DNA from: Terriglobia bacterium
GTDB lineage: Bacteria > Acidobacteriota > Terriglobia > Acidiferrales > 2-02-FULL-67-57
DNA length: 64,000 nt
Direction: 5' to 3'
NCBI GenBank assembly: GCA_046757645.1
Contig: JBHHYS010000001.1
Coordinates: forward strand, 33,793 to 97,792
In this document: positions 44,043 through 54,395 of the stretch, piece by piece
Layout: each line of letters begins with the position of its first letter
Numbering within the stretch: the first letter of the stretch is position 1
Position numbers and translations under genes: made by a program
Notes under the pieces: generated by a model
The model's input: only the letters and a program-made list of their open reading frames with translations
What the model was told of the DNA's origin: nothing
The model's database searches: none

Positions 44043-45002
44043 TCAGGCCATCCGGAAGAACTGGCCCATGCGGCGGAATTTCTCGTAGCGGCGGGCCAAC
44101 AATTCTTTGCTCGAGTAGGCGCGGAGCTCGGCCAAGGAGCGTTCGAGGGCGGTGTCGAGGATCTTCGCCATCTCTTTGTGATTCCGATGGGCGCCGCCCG
44201 CGGGTTCCGGGATGATGTCATCAATCAACCCCAAGGCGAGCAAATCCTCGGCGGTGATCCTGAGCGCCTCGGCGGCCCGCTCTTTCTGCCCGGCATCGCG
44301 CCACATAATCGAGGCGCAGCCTTCCGGCGAGATCACCGAATAGAAAGCGTTTTCCAGCATGTTGATCTTATCGCCAATGGCAATCGCCAGCGCCCCGCCG
44401 CTGCCGCCTTCGCCGGTGACGGTTACTACAATGGGCACCGGCAGGCGGGCGATCTCCCGCAGGTTGTGGGCGATGGCTGCCGCCTGGCCGCGCGCCTCCG
44501 CATCCACGCCAGGATAGGCCCCCTGGGTGTCGACCAGGGTGAAGATGGGCCGCCGAAACTTGGCGGCCAAGCGCATGGCTCGCAGCGCCTTGCGGTATCC
44601 CTCCGGCTTCGGCTGGCCGAAGTTTCGCGCCAAGCGCTCCTTGGTGTCGCGGCCTTTCTGGTGGCCGACCACCAGTACCGGCTCCCCGTGAAACCGGGCC
44701 ATTCCGCAGATGATGGCCGGGTCGTCGCCGAAAGTCCGGTCGCCGTGGAGCTGGCTGAAATTTTCAAACAGTAGAGAGATGTAGTCCAGCGTATAGGGCC
44801 GCCGAGGATGCCGAGCCAGTTCCACCCGCTGCCAGGCGCGCGGCTGTCCGGCAGCCAACTCCTGCCGGAGCGCCCCCACCTGTCCCTTCAAGTCGTTGAT
44901 TTGCTGCTGGACGCGGTCATCCCCCGGGCTTTCGCGCTCCAGCTCGGCGAGCTGCCGCTCCAGGCTGGCCAATTGTTGCTCGCTGGTTGCTTGCTCCGCC
45001 AT
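44043..45002 (-). CDS. accA: acetyl-CoA carboxylase carboxyltransferase subunit alpha
   Basis: [25 protein letters not shown] and [11 protein letters not shown]. Confidence 0.95.
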   Translation of the reverse strand: MAEQATSEQQLASLERQLAELERESPGDDRVQQQINDLKGQVGALRQELAAGQPRAWQRVELARHPRRPYTLDYISLLFENFSQLHGDRTFGDDPAIICGMARFHGEPVLVVGHQKGRDTKERLARNFGQPKPEGYRKALRAMRLAAKFRRPIFTLVDTQGAYPGVDAEARGQAAAIAHNLREIARLPVPIVVTVTGEGGSGGALAIAIGDKINMLENAFYSVISPEGCASIMWRDAGQKERAAEALRITAEDLLALGLIDDIIPEPAGGAHRNHKEMAKILDTALERSLAELRAYSSKELLARRYEKFRRMGQFFRMA

Positions 45003-45005
45003 CGC

Positions 45006-48000
45006 TTATGGCACCAGGGAGACCGCCGCCTCCCCGCAGAGCCCACGGAGCTCTGCCAGTAATTCGTCGTCCACCTGCACGCGCACGTCCTTGCCCCCTC
45101 TGTGCAGGCCGAATTCGGGCGGCAACCGAAACTCCACCCGGCAGCGGCCCGGCTTCCGCCGGAAGAGCGCCTCCAGTTGGTCAATGGTATCCACCGTGAT
45201 CCGGCTGACGTCCAGGTGGATCACCACCCGGCTCGCGGGAGCCTGTCCCGAGTCAGGTTGAGGGGCTGGCAGCGCTTTCTCCAGCGGCGTCGCTTGCTGC
45301 ACGGCCAAGCGCACGCCGCTCTCCTCCACGCGGATCCGGCCCTTGACCACCAAAGTGGCATCGGGATAGAGACAACTCTCCAGCCGCCGGAAGGCTTCCG
45401 GGAAGACGAGCAAGTCAATCACCCCGCTGAGATCCTCCAGGACGGCAATCGCCCAGCGCTCGCCCTTCTTGCTTCGCATCGGGCGCACCCGCACCAGGAT
45501 ACCCGCCAGACGGGCGCTGTCGTGGTTCTTCTTGGTCTCCAAGTCGGCGATGGACATCACCGCCAATTCGCGCAGCCGACCCTCGAAGCGCGCCAGGGGG
45601 TGGCCAGTGGTGAAGAAACCCAGGGTCTCCTTCTCATAGGCCAGTCGCTCGTGCTCCGGCCATTCATCCACGTCCGGGAGCGGGGGTGGAGGTGCCGGCT
45701 CCGCGGCGGCCCCGCCAAACAAGGCGTGCTGCCCGGTCTCCTTCTGTCGTTGCAGTCGAGCCCCGCGCTCCAGGGCGCGGTCCACGACCTCCAGCAGCGC
45801 CGCCCGGTGGGCCCCCAGGGAATCGAGCGCGCCCGCCTTCACCAAACTCTCCAGCACGCGCCGGTTCAGCACCCGCGCATCGATCTCCTCGCAGAACTGG
45901 AAGAGTGAGGTGAAACAGCCCACACGGCTGCGGGCCGCCCGGATGGCCTGGACGGTATTGAAGCCCACGTTGCGCACCGCACCCAAGCCGAAGCGGATGG
46001 CGTCGCCCGCCGGAGTGAAACTCCACTCGCTCGAATTCACGTCCGGGGGCAGAATCGTGATTCCCATCTCCCGGCACTCCCCAATGTATTTGACCACCTT
46101 TTCCGTGTTCCCGGTCTCCGCGGTGAGCAGAGCGGACATGAACTCCACCGGGTAGTGGGTCTTCAGGTAGGCGGTATGGTAGGCGAGCAAGGCGTAGGCG
46201 GCGGAATGGGACTTGTTGAAGCCGTAACCGGCAAACTGGGCCATCAAATCGAACAGCTTGCCCGCGCTTTTCTCCCCGATCATGCGCTGCCGGCAGCCGG
46301 CAATGAATTTCTCTCGCTGCCCCGCCATCTCCTTGGGCTTTTTCTTCCCCATGGCCCGGCGCAGCAAGTCGGCTTCGCCCAGGCTGAAGCCCGCCAGGCG
46401 GTTGGCAATCTGCATCACCTGTTCCTGGTAAACGATCACCCCGTAGGTCTCTTCCAGAATCTCCCGCAGCGCCGCCAGCTCGTAGGTGACCTTCTTCTGG
46501 CCCTGCTTGCGGGCAATGAAGTCGTCAATCATACCCCCCTGGATGGGCCCCGGGCGGTAGAGAGCGTTGAGTGCGATCAGGTCCTCCAGCCGCGCGGGCT
46601 GGTAGCGGCGGAGAATCTCCCGCATGCCGTGCGACTCGAATTGGAACACGCCGCTGGTGGCGCCGCGGGAAAAGAGCTGGTAGGTTTCCGCGTCGTCGAG
46701 CGGGATGTCCCCCAGGGTGAGCTGGAGGCCGCGATGCCGCTCCACCAGCTTCAGGGTGTCATCCAACACCGTCAGGGTGGCCAGCGCCAAGAAGTCCATC
46801 TTGAGCAGGCCGATTCGCTCCAAGTCGTCCATAGCAAACTGGGTGACAATTTCCTCCCGGTTCGTCCGGTAGAGGGGGACGAGTTGGCGCAGCGGCTGGG
46901 GGGAAATGACCACGCCGGCGGCGTGGGTGGAGGCGTGGCGGGCCAAACCCTCTAGCTTCCGCGCGGTGTCGATCACCCGCTTCACCTTCGGGTCGCGGTC
47001 GTAGTCCTGCTTGAGTCGCGGCGATTGCCGCAGCGCCTCCTCCAAAGTGATGTTGAGCGCCGGCGGCACCTGCTTGGCCAGCCGGTCGGCTTCGGCGTAG
47101 GGCAGCTCCAGGGCCCGGGCGGCGTCTTTGAGGGCGGCTTTGGCGGCCATGGTCCCGAAGGTGATGATCTGGGCGACGTTCTCCCGGCCGTACTTTTGGG
47201 TGACGTAGTCAATCACTTCGCCGCGCCGCCGCATGCAAAAGTCGATGTCAATGTCAGGGAGCGAGATGCGCTCTGGGTTCAGGAAGCGCTCAAAAAGCAA
47301 TCCGTACTGCAAGGGGTCGATGTCGGTGATGCCCAAAGCGTAGCCCACCAAACTGCCGGCCGCCGAACCGCGCCCCGGGCCCACGGGAATGCCCTGCTCG
47401 CGCGCGTAGCGGATGAAGTCCCAAACGATCAGGAAGTAGCCGGCGAAGCGCATCTGCCGGATCATGCGCAGTTCCTGCTCCAACCGCTGCTCATAGGCGG
47501 CCAGCGGATTCCGCAGTCGTCCTTGGGCGGCCTGGAGAGCCAGGTGGGCGCGGCGGCGCTCGAAACCTTCGCGCGTCACCCTCTCGAAAAAGCTCTCCAG
47601 GGTCTCGCCCGCCGGCACCGCAAAAGGCGGAAAGGGGTTCTCAACTTTGTCGAGTTTCACCTGGCAGCGCTCGGCGATCGCCATCGTGCGCTTCACCGCC
47701 TCCGGCACGGCTGCGAAGACACGCAGCATCTCGTCGGCGCTCTTGAAGTAGAACTGGTCGGAGCCGAATTTCATTCGGTTCGTATCACTGACCATCTTGC
47801 CCGTCTGGATGCACAGGAGCACGTCGTGGGCGTGCGCGTCTTCCGGAAACAAGTAGTGGCAATCGTTGGTGGCCACCAAGGGGATGCCGGTCTCGGCCGA
47901 CAGGCGCAGCAAGTCGGGTTGAATCCGGTGCTCCAGCTCCAACCCCTGGTCCTGAATTTCCAGGTAAAAATTGTCGCGGCCAAAGATCTCCCGGTAGTCG

Positions 48001-48482
48001 CCGGCGGCCCGCCGGGCGGCCTCGTAGTCATTGGCCAGCAGGCGCGCCGCCACTTCGCCTTGCAGACACGCCGAGAGGGCAATCAATCCCTGGCTGTGTT
48101 GCGCCAGCAGCTCCTTATCAATGCGGGGCTTGTAGTAGAAGCCCTCCAGGTGGCCGGCGGTCACCAACCGCACCAGGTTGCGATACCCTTCCTGGGTTTC
48201 GCAGAGCAAGACCAAGTGGTGGGTGCGTTCGCCGTTGCCGGAGCGCTCATGGCGGCTGCCCCGGGTGATGTACACCTCGCAGCCCAAGATGGGCCTTACG
48301 CCGTGCGCCTCTGCGGCTTGGTGGAACTTGACCGCCCCGAACAGATTGCCGTGATCGGTGACCGCCACCGCAGGCATCTGCTTGCGGGCGGCCAGCTCCG
48401 CCAGCCGCTCGATCCCGCAGGCACCGTCGAGCAGACTGTAGTCGCTGTGCAGATGGAGGTGGACGAACTCGTTCTTGGGCAT
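45006..48482 (-). CDS. dnaE: DNA polymerase III subunit alpha
   Basis: 1158 aa with an N-terminal PHP domain (FVHLHLHSDYSLLDG), GPGRGSAAGSLV, and palm/fingers/OB regions. Confidence 0.97.
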   Translation of the reverse strand: MPKNEFVHLHLHSDYSLLDGACGIERLAELAARKQMPAVAVTDHGNLFGAVKFHQAAEAHGVRPILGCEVYITRGSRHERSGNGERTHHLVLLCETQEGYRNLVRLVTAGHLEGFYYKPRIDKELLAQHSQGLIALSACLQGEVAARLLANDYEAARRAAGDYREIFGRDNFYLEIQDQGLELEHRIQPDLLRLSAETGIPLVATNDCHYLFPEDAHAHDVLLCIQTGKMVSDTNRMKFGSDQFYFKSADEMLRVFAAVPEAVKRTMAIAERCQVKLDKVENPFPPFAVPAGETLESFFERVTREGFERRRAHLALQAAQGRLRNPLAAYEQRLEQELRMIRQMRFAGYFLIVWDFIRYAREQGIPVGPGRGSAAGSLVGYALGITDIDPLQYGLLFERFLNPERISLPDIDIDFCMRRRGEVIDYVTQKYGRENVAQIITFGTMAAKAALKDAARALELPYAEADRLAKQVPPALNITLEEALRQSPRLKQDYDRDPKVKRVIDTARKLEGLARHASTHAAGVVISPQPLRQLVPLYRTNREEIVTQFAMDDLERIGLLKMDFLALATLTVLDDTLKLVERHRGLQLTLGDIPLDDAETYQLFSRGATSGVFQFESHGMREILRRYQPARLEDLIALNALYRPGPIQGGMIDDFIARKQGQKKVTYELAALREILEETYGVIVYQEQVMQIANRLAGFSLGEADLLRRAMGKKKPKEMAGQREKFIAGCRQRMIGEKSAGKLFDLMAQFAGYGFNKSHSAAYALLAYHTAYLKTHYPVEFMSALLTAETGNTEKVVKYIGECREMGITILPPDVNSSEWSFTPAGDAIRFGLGAVRNVGFNTVQAIRAARSRVGCFTSLFQFCEEIDARVLNRRVLESLVKAGALDSLGAHRAALLEVVDRALERGARLQRQKETGQHALFGGAAAEPAPPPPLPDVDEWPEHERLAYEKETLGFFTTGHPLARFEGRLRELAVMSIADLETKKNHDSARLAGILVRVRPMRSKKGERWAIAVLEDLSGVIDLLVFPEAFRRLESCLYPDATLVVKGRIRVEESGVRLAVQQATPLEKALPAPQPDSGQAPASRVVIHLDVSRITVDTIDQLEALFRRKPGRCRVEFRLPPEFGLHRGGKDVRVQVDDELLAELRGLCGEAAVSLVP

Positions 48483-48588
48483 CTGACCCCTATTCTACCA
48501 AGCTGGATGTTTTCTTGGGGGCGTCAATTCAACTCCCAAAACCTGCCCCCGCAGCGCTCACCGTGCGGGCCGCGCCGCCCACGGGTGG

Positions 48589-50148
48589 CTAGCGCCGGTG
48601 GCGCTTCTTCTTCGGCCTTGGTTTAGACTTCGGCTTTGGCCAGCCCTTGGCCCCCATCTTCTTCCCGGCTTTCGCCCGGGGTCTTTCCCGCGGCGTTGAC
48701 TTCGCCGCGGGTTTCTCCACCACTTTTTCCGCAGCCACGCGTGGTGGTGCCTGGGGAGCCGCCGACGGTTTAGCCTTCGGGGACAGGGCGGGCTTGGCCG
48801 TCCCCGCGGCCCCCACAGCCTTTTCCTCCCGTCCGGGCTTCTTCCGTTTACGTTCCGGCTTGGGCTTGGGGAGGCCGGCCAGCTTGCGTAAAAACCGCAA
48901 CTGCTCGGGGCGGTTGCGGAGCTTGCCGTCCAGTTGAGCGTCGAAATACTTTTCCAAAATCTCGTCAAACTTGGGGCCGGGCGGGACGCCCATCAATTGC
49001 AGTTCCCGCCCGGGGAGCTTGCTGCGCAAGGGACGGTACTTGAAGAGATAGTTGTAGATTTGCGGCTGGACCTTCCTTTTGTGGCTGTATTCCGCCAGGG
49101 TGAAGATCAGCCGCTCGACCGGAACCGACGTGAGCAAGGAGTAGATCTGCCGGGGCCTGAGCTTGCGGCGTCGCCCCAGTAATTTCACCACTTGGCGCGC
49201 CTCTCGCTCCAGACCCAAGGCCTGCTTCTGCTGGGCGCGGTTCAAGCTCAGGTTTCGCAGCAGGCGCTTCTGCGCACGCCTCTTCAGGCGCCGCAGCAAA
49301 TAGTGCAGCACCAGATAGAAGGGGTCTAGCCGGTAGCCGGCTTCCTCCGCCTGCAGGCGGTATTTTTGCAGCTTGGCCAGACCTGCGTAGTCCGGCTGGC
49401 GCTTTTCCAGCATGGGGTGGAGCACAGCCAACAGCTTGTGCCCGGCCAGCGCCTTCAAGACAGCCACCGCATTGTCTTCCCGGGCGATTTCTTCCATCTC
49501 CCGGCCCAGCGACGCCGCCGGGATGATGTTCTGGTAGCCTCGCTCTAACGCCGTGCGGAATAGCTCCTGGGTGCGGGGCTCCGGCCGGAAGCCCAGGCGA
49601 GTGGCAAAGCGCACCAGCCGCAGGAGACGCAGGGGGTCGTGGAGAAAGCTGTAGTTGTGCATGACACGCAACTGGCGGCTCTCCACGTCCGCCAGACCGT
49701 TGGTGGGATCCAGCAGCAACCCCCGCGAGCCGGGGGTCAGCGATATCCCCATGGCATTCACGGAAAAATCGCGTCGGCGCAGGTCCTCCAGGATGGGTGC
49801 CGGCTTCACCTCCGGGGGTTTTCCCGGCTGCTGATAGAACTCATTGCGTGCCATCTCCAGGCTGAGAGAGACGCCCTCGGCGAGCCGGAGTTCCACGCTG
49901 CGCTGCAGCTCGTTCACCTCCCGGCGGCGGACCCCGTCGTCTTGCAGGCGCCGGGCCAGGCGCAGGGGATTGCCTTCCGCGGTGAAGTCGAGATCGCGGA
50001 TGGGCGATCCGGTCATCAGGTCGCGCACCGCACCGCCAACCAAATAGAGGTTCAGGGAGATGTCCTGCGCTTCCTGTTGCACCCGATTCAGAACCCGGAG
50101 TTGTTCCGGCGACAGCCGGCTTTCCAGCATGAAGATGTAATCGGGCAT
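48589..50148 (-). CDS. CCA-adding enzyme / poly(A) polymerase family nucleotidyltransferase with a long basic C-terminal tail
   Basis: LYLVGGAVRDLMTGSPIRDLDF head-domain motif. The last ~110 aa are a Lys/Pro/Ala/Arg-rich extension. Confidence 0.8.
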   Translation of the reverse strand: MPDYIFMLESRLSPEQLRVLNRVQQEAQDISLNLYLVGGAVRDLMTGSPIRDLDFTAEGNPLRLARRLQDDGVRRREVNELQRSVELRLAEGVSLSLEMARNEFYQQPGKPPEVKPAPILEDLRRRDFSVNAMGISLTPGSRGLLLDPTNGLADVESRQLRVMHNYSFLHDPLRLLRLVRFATRLGFRPEPRTQELFRTALERGYQNIIPAASLGREMEEIAREDNAVAVLKALAGHKLLAVLHPMLEKRQPDYAGLAKLQKYRLQAEEAGYRLDPFYLVLHYLLRRLKRRAQKRLLRNLSLNRAQQKQALGLEREARQVVKLLGRRRKLRPRQIYSLLTSVPVERLIFTLAEYSHKRKVQPQIYNYLFKYRPLRSKLPGRELQLMGVPPGPKFDEILEKYFDAQLDGKLRNRPEQLRFLRKLAGLPKPKPERKRKKPGREEKAVGAAGTAKPALSPKAKPSAAPQAPPRVAAEKVVEKPAAKSTPRERPRAKAGKKMGAKGWPKPKSKPRPKKKRHRR

Positions 50149-50160
50149 AGCTCGCCCTCG

Positions 50161-51045
50161 CTAGGCTCGTGGGTGATGCATGGCGTAGATTTGCTTCAAG
50201 CGTTCCTGGGCTATGTGAGTATAAATCTGCGTGGTGGAAATGTCCGCATGACCCAACAGCAACTGCACGGCGCGCAGGTCGGCGCCGCGCTCCAGCAGAT
50301 GGGTGGCAAAGCTGTGGCGCAGGACGTGCGGGCTGAGTCGCGCCCGGATACCCGCGGCCCGGGCGTAGGCCCGCAGCAAGCGCCAGAAATTCTGCCGCGT
50401 CATCCCCTGTCCGCGCTGACTCAAGAAGAGGTGAGGCGCCGGGCGGCGCTTGGCTAGGCGCGGACGCCCTGCCCGCAGATAGACCTCCAGCGCCGCTATG
50501 GCCTTCTTCCCCACGGGGATCACCCGCTCCTTGCTACCTTTTCCCTGGCAGCGCAGGTAGCCGGCCTCGAGCTGCACGTCGGACACCTTGAGATTGACCA
50601 ACTCGGAGACCCGCACCCCGGTGGCGTAGAGCAGCTCGAGCATCGCCCTGTCGCGCAACCCCCCTCGGGTCGTGCTCGCCGGAGCGGCCAGCAGCCGCTC
50701 CACCTCCCCCAGAGTCAGGAACTTGGGCAGCCGCCTCCACACCCGAGGGGATTCAATGTGCTCGGTGGGGTCGTGGCGAATCATATCCTCCTGCTGGAGA
50801 AAGCGGAAAAAATTCCGCAGGGTCACCAACTGGCGGGCCACCGAGCGGCTGTCGAGCCCCCGCTGATAGAGCCAGCCGAGAAAGTCCACCACTTGGTTAC
50901 GCTCCACCCGCGTCAGCGCCAGCCCGTGCCGCCCGCAGAACCTCGCGAACTGCTCCAAGTCGTGCCGGTAGGCCGCCACGGTGTTCCGGGCCAAGCCCCG
51001 TTCCACCTGAACGTAGTTAAGAAAGACCGCGATGTGGCTGCGCAC
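50161..51045 (-). CDS. xerD: site-specific tyrosine recombinase XerD/XerC
   Basis: 294 aa with ATGVRVSEL, HVLRHSFATHLL and LLGHADISTTQIYTH. The GTG start shares its G with the murJ stop (TAGTG). Confidence 0.9.
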   Translation of the reverse strand: MRSHIAVFLNYVQVERGLARNTVAAYRHDLEQFARFCGRHGLALTRVERNQVVDFLGWLYQRGLDSRSVARQLVTLRNFFRFLQQEDMIRHDPTEHIESPRVWRRLPKFLTLGEVERLLAAPASTTRGGLRDRAMLELLYATGVRVSELVNLKVSDVQLEAGYLRCQGKGSKERVIPVGKKAIAALEVYLRAGRPRLAKRRPAPHLFLSQRGQGMTRQNFWRLLRAYARAAGIRARLSPHVLRHSFATHLLERGADLRAVQLLLGHADISTTQIYTHIAQERLKQIYAMHHPRA

Positions 51046-52793
51046 TATTCCTTGTTGGGCGTGTAGGGCAGCGCCGCCGGCACGCCGGCGAGTTTTTCTT
51101 GCATCCGCCGGCCGGTGATGAGGGTGTGGAGCTCGCTCAGCTCTTCGGCACGCAACAACCAGGCCATTCCCAGATAAACACCCACTCCTGCCAGTATCGT
51201 AGCCAGGCAGCCTACCACCAACAAGGCGAAGCTCGATACTTCCACCAGGTTGAACTCTCCCCGCAGAAACCAGCAGACCACGCCCATGCCGGCCGTCGCG
51301 GCGAAGGTGCGCACGAGGGAGAGCCCCAGGCGGGCTTCATCCACCGCCCCCAGCCGTCGACGAAAGATGAGGTAGAGCACTCCGAGGTTCAAGTACGACG
51401 CCAGCGAAGTGGCCAGGGCGAGCCCGCCCTGCCGCAAAGGACCCACCAGCAGAAAGCACAGGATCACGTTGGCGACCAGCGCCAGCGTCGCCACCTGCAC
51501 CGGGGTGGCGGTATCTTGGGTGGCGTAAAATCCTTGCACGACCAGGCGGACGGCGGCAATGGCCGGCAGCCCCAGCGCGTAAAACAGCAGCGCCCAGGCG
51601 GTCAACTCCGTGGAGGTCGCCTCGAAGGCCTTGTGCTGGAAGAGCATCCGCACGATGGGTTCGCGCAACACGATCATGCCCACCGCCGCCGGCACCACCA
51701 CGAAGGCCACGTTGCGCAGGGCAAAGGTCAGCGTGCCCCGCAGCTCCGTCAACTTGTTTTGCACCGCTTGCTGGGACATTATGGGCAGAACCACCGTGGC
51801 CACGCTGATGGCGTACACGCCCAGCGCCACCTCCATCAGCCGCCCGGCGTAGTAGAGCGCGGAAATCCACCCTTCCTCCTGGCTGGCAAAAGCGGTGCTC
51901 ACCAGAATGTTCACCTGGTAGATGCCCACGCCCAAGAACGCCGGCAGCATCAGCCGCGCCACCCGGCGGATGCCAGGGTGGCGGAAGTCGAGCTTGAACC
52001 CAAAACCCATCCCGCGCCGGATGAGCGCCGGCAGTTGGACACCGAGCTGCAAGATCCCGCCCAGCACCACCCCAAACGCCATCGCTACTGCTGGCTCCGT
52101 GTATCCAAAGATCCAAGCAGCGACCGCGGCGGCGATGATGGCCAGATTCAAAACGATGGGCACGGAGGCGGGCAAGCCGAAAACCCGCAGAGTGTTCAGC
52201 ACCGCGCCCCCCAGCGCTGTGAGCGCGATCAACAGGCAGTACGGGAAGGTGATCCGCGTCAGGAGAACCGCCAGCGACCACTGCTCGGGTTGGGGGCTGA
52301 AGAGGGTGAACAGTCGCACCAGCGCCGGGGCAAAGATGATCCCCAGCAGCGTCACCCCGGTGAGCACCGTGGCCAGCGCCCAGAACATCCGCCGGGCGAA
52401 GTCCCACGACTCGGCCTCGGGTCGCTCGAGGCGGTAGGAGGTGAAGACGGGGATGAAGGCGCCGGTCATAGCCCCTTCGGCCATCAGGCGGCGCAAGAGG
52501 TTGGGGAGGCGAAAGGCGATGACGAAGGCGTCTGCGGCCAGCGAAGTGCCCAGCAGGATGGCAATGCTCAAGTCGCGGAGGTAGCCGAAGAAGCGGCTGA
52601 GGAGGGTGATAAATGTGACAGCTCGGGTGGAGCGCAGAATCTGCTGCGTTTGTGTCAACGCTTTCGTCGGTCCCGCTCCGGCGATTGACACCTCGCCCGC
52701 GCGCATACTAGCATAAGCGCCACTAGGGGTAAATGCCGCTTGCCGGCAGGCTCCCTCGAGCGCCCGATGAAGGTTACGTTCTCTTCCACGCAC
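51045..52793 (-). CDS. murJ: lipid II flippase MurJ
   Basis: ITLLSRFFGYLRDLSIAILLGTSLAADAFVIAFRLPNLLRRL is a typical MurJ N-terminus, with about 14 TM helices. The true start is probably downstream of 52793 (e.g. ATG 52706). Confidence 0.9.
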   Translation of the reverse strand: MRGRERNLHRALEGACRQAAFTPSGAYASMRAGEVSIAGAGPTKALTQTQQILRSTRAVTFITLLSRFFGYLRDLSIAILLGTSLAADAFVIAFRLPNLLRRLMAEGAMTGAFIPVFTSYRLERPEAESWDFARRMFWALATVLTGVTLLGIIFAPALVRLFTLFSPQPEQWSLAVLLTRITFPYCLLIALTALGGAVLNTLRVFGLPASVPIVLNLAIIAAAVAAWIFGYTEPAVAMAFGVVLGGILQLGVQLPALIRRGMGFGFKLDFRHPGIRRVARLMLPAFLGVGIYQVNILVSTAFASQEEGWISALYYAGRLMEVALGVYAISVATVVLPIMSQQAVQNKLTELRGTLTFALRNVAFVVVPAAVGMIVLREPIVRMLFQHKAFEATSTELTAWALLFYALGLPAIAAVRLVVQGFYATQDTATPVQVATLALVANVILCFLLVGPLRQGGLALATSLASYLNLGVLYLIFRRRLGAVDEARLGLSLVRTFAATAGMGVVCWFLRGEFNLVEVSSFALLVVGCLATILAGVGVYLGMAWLLRAEELSELHTLITGRRMQEKLAGVPAALPYTPNKE

Positions 52794-53270
52794 AAGAAAG
52801 TGGTGGTGGAAATCTTTGGCGGCCCCTGCCGGCGGGGTTACGTCAACCCGCGCCGCTTTGATCGCCCCGAGGGCTTGGAATTGCTCGACGAGGGCGGACA
52901 GCTACAGCAGCTCTCCTGGAAGAAGGTCAAAGCCGCCTGGTTCGTGCGCGATTGGAGCGACTCGCCGCCCCGACCCGATCCCACGGTTTTCCTGCGTCGG
53001 CCGCGCCTGGAGGGACTCTGGGTGCGTCTGCATTTCCGCGACAACGAAATCCTGGAGGGGATGCTGGCCAACAACCTGCTCCAGTTGAGTCCTCATGGTT
53101 ACCTGGTCACTCCGCCTGACCTGAACGGCAATCACTCAAAGGCTTTCGTGCCTCGCACGGCGCTCACGGCACTGGAGGTGCTCGCCGTGATTCCCCGCCG
53201 CGCTGAGCGCCCGCATCGGCGGCGCCCGGCGCCCGCGGCCGCCCGCCAAGCCCGCCTGTTCACCGACTAG
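52767..53270 (+). CDS. hypothetical protein
   Basis: MKVTFSSTHKKVVVEIFGG... contains two loosely similar beta-rich halves. No family recognised. Confidence 0.5.
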   Translation: MKVTFSSTHKKVVVEIFGGPCRRGYVNPRRFDRPEGLELLDEGGQLQQLSWKKVKAAWFVRDWSDSPPRPDPTVFLRRPRLEGLWVRLHFRDNEILEGMLANNLLQLSPHGYLVTPPDLNGNHSKAFVPRTALTALEVLAVIPRRAERPHRRRPAPAAARQARLFTD

Positions 53271-53334
53271 CCCGCGGCGCGCTTCTTTCTCTCCTGACCC
53301 AGTTCCGTTAGAATGCCCCCGGGAGTGAAAAGCA

Positions 53335-54357
53335 ATGAAATTACGCGAAATTGCTGAGCGTTTGCAGTGTGAATACAGGGGAGCGGGCGAGGTGGAGATT
53401 CGCGGCGTGGCCGCCATCGAGTCGGCGGGACCCGGCGACCTCACCTTTCTGAGCAATCCCCGCTACCGCCGGCGGCTGCGGCAGACGCGGGCGGCGGCTG
53501 CCATTGTGGCCCCCGCCACCGAGGAGCTGCCGCTCCCCACCTTGCGCACCTCGAACCCCTACTACACCTTCGCCCGGGCCATCGAGCTCTTCCATCGCCC
53601 CCTGCCCTTCCCGTCGGGGATACACCCCACCGCGGTCGTCTCGCCGCGCGCCCGCATCGGGAAGGACGCGGCCATCGGCCCCTACTGTTTCGTGGACGAC
53701 GATGTGGAAATCGGCGACCGCTGCCGCCTGCATAGTTTCGTGGTCATCTACCGGGGGGTGCGCGTCGGCGACGACTTCGTCGCCCACTCCCACGCGGTGG
53801 TGCGCGAGTCCTCCCGCCTGGGCGATCGGGTCAGCTTGCAAAATGGCGCCGTGGTCGGCTGCGACGGCTATGGCTTTGCCCGCCAGGACGACGGGAGGTA
53901 TTACAAGATTCTGCCCACGGGCCGGACGATCATCGAAGACGAGGTGGAAATCCAGGCCCATGCCTGCATTGACCGCGCCACGGTGGGCGAGACCCGCATC
54001 GGGCGCGGCACCAAGGTCGACAACTTGGTTCAAGTGGGCCACTCCTCCACGGTGGGTGAGAACAGCCTGCTCTGCGGTCAGGTGGGGCTCGCGGGCAGCA
54101 CCCACGTCGGCAACGACGTCATCCTCGCGGGTCAGGTGGGGGTCGCCGGGCACTGCGTGCTGGGCGATGGGGTGCGCGCCACCGGCCAGAGCGGGATCCC
54201 CAACGACGTCCCCGCCGGGCAAACTGTTTCCGGCTACCCCGCCATCGAGAACCGGCTGTGGCGCAAGACGGCGGCCCTCTGTGCGCGTCTGCCGGAACTC
54301 TACGAGCAGTTGCGGGCGCTGCGCGCCGAAGTAGCTGCCTTGAAGAAGCAAACCTAG
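53335..54357 (+). CDS. lpxD: UDP-3-O-(3-hydroxyacyl)glucosamine N-acyltransferase
   Basis: MKLREIAERL..., hexapeptide repeats throughout, and the VGHSSTVGENSL region. Confidence 0.95.
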   Translation: MKLREIAERLQCEYRGAGEVEIRGVAAIESAGPGDLTFLSNPRYRRRLRQTRAAAAIVAPATEELPLPTLRTSNPYYTFARAIELFHRPLPFPSGIHPTAVVSPRARIGKDAAIGPYCFVDDDVEIGDRCRLHSFVVIYRGVRVGDDFVAHSHAVVRESSRLGDRVSLQNGAVVGCDGYGFARQDDGRYYKILPTGRTIIEDEVEIQAHACIDRATVGETRIGRGTKVDNLVQVGHSSTVGENSLLCGQVGLAGSTHVGNDVILAGQVGVAGHCVLGDGVRATGQSGIPNDVPAGQTVSGYPAIENRLWRKTAALCARLPELYEQLRALRAEVAALKKQT

Positions 54358-54395
54358 CCGCGGCCTGAAGCAGTCGGGAGGGCTACCTCACCGGG

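Noticed and set aside
50161-51045. Tyrosine recombinase as the missing integron integrase for the attC-like sites.
   Set aside because: It is 294 aa with classic XerD/XerC boxes and a housekeeping context (overlapping murJ). It lies 22 kb from the cassettes, and I could see no obvious IntI-specific additional domain. It is called XerD.
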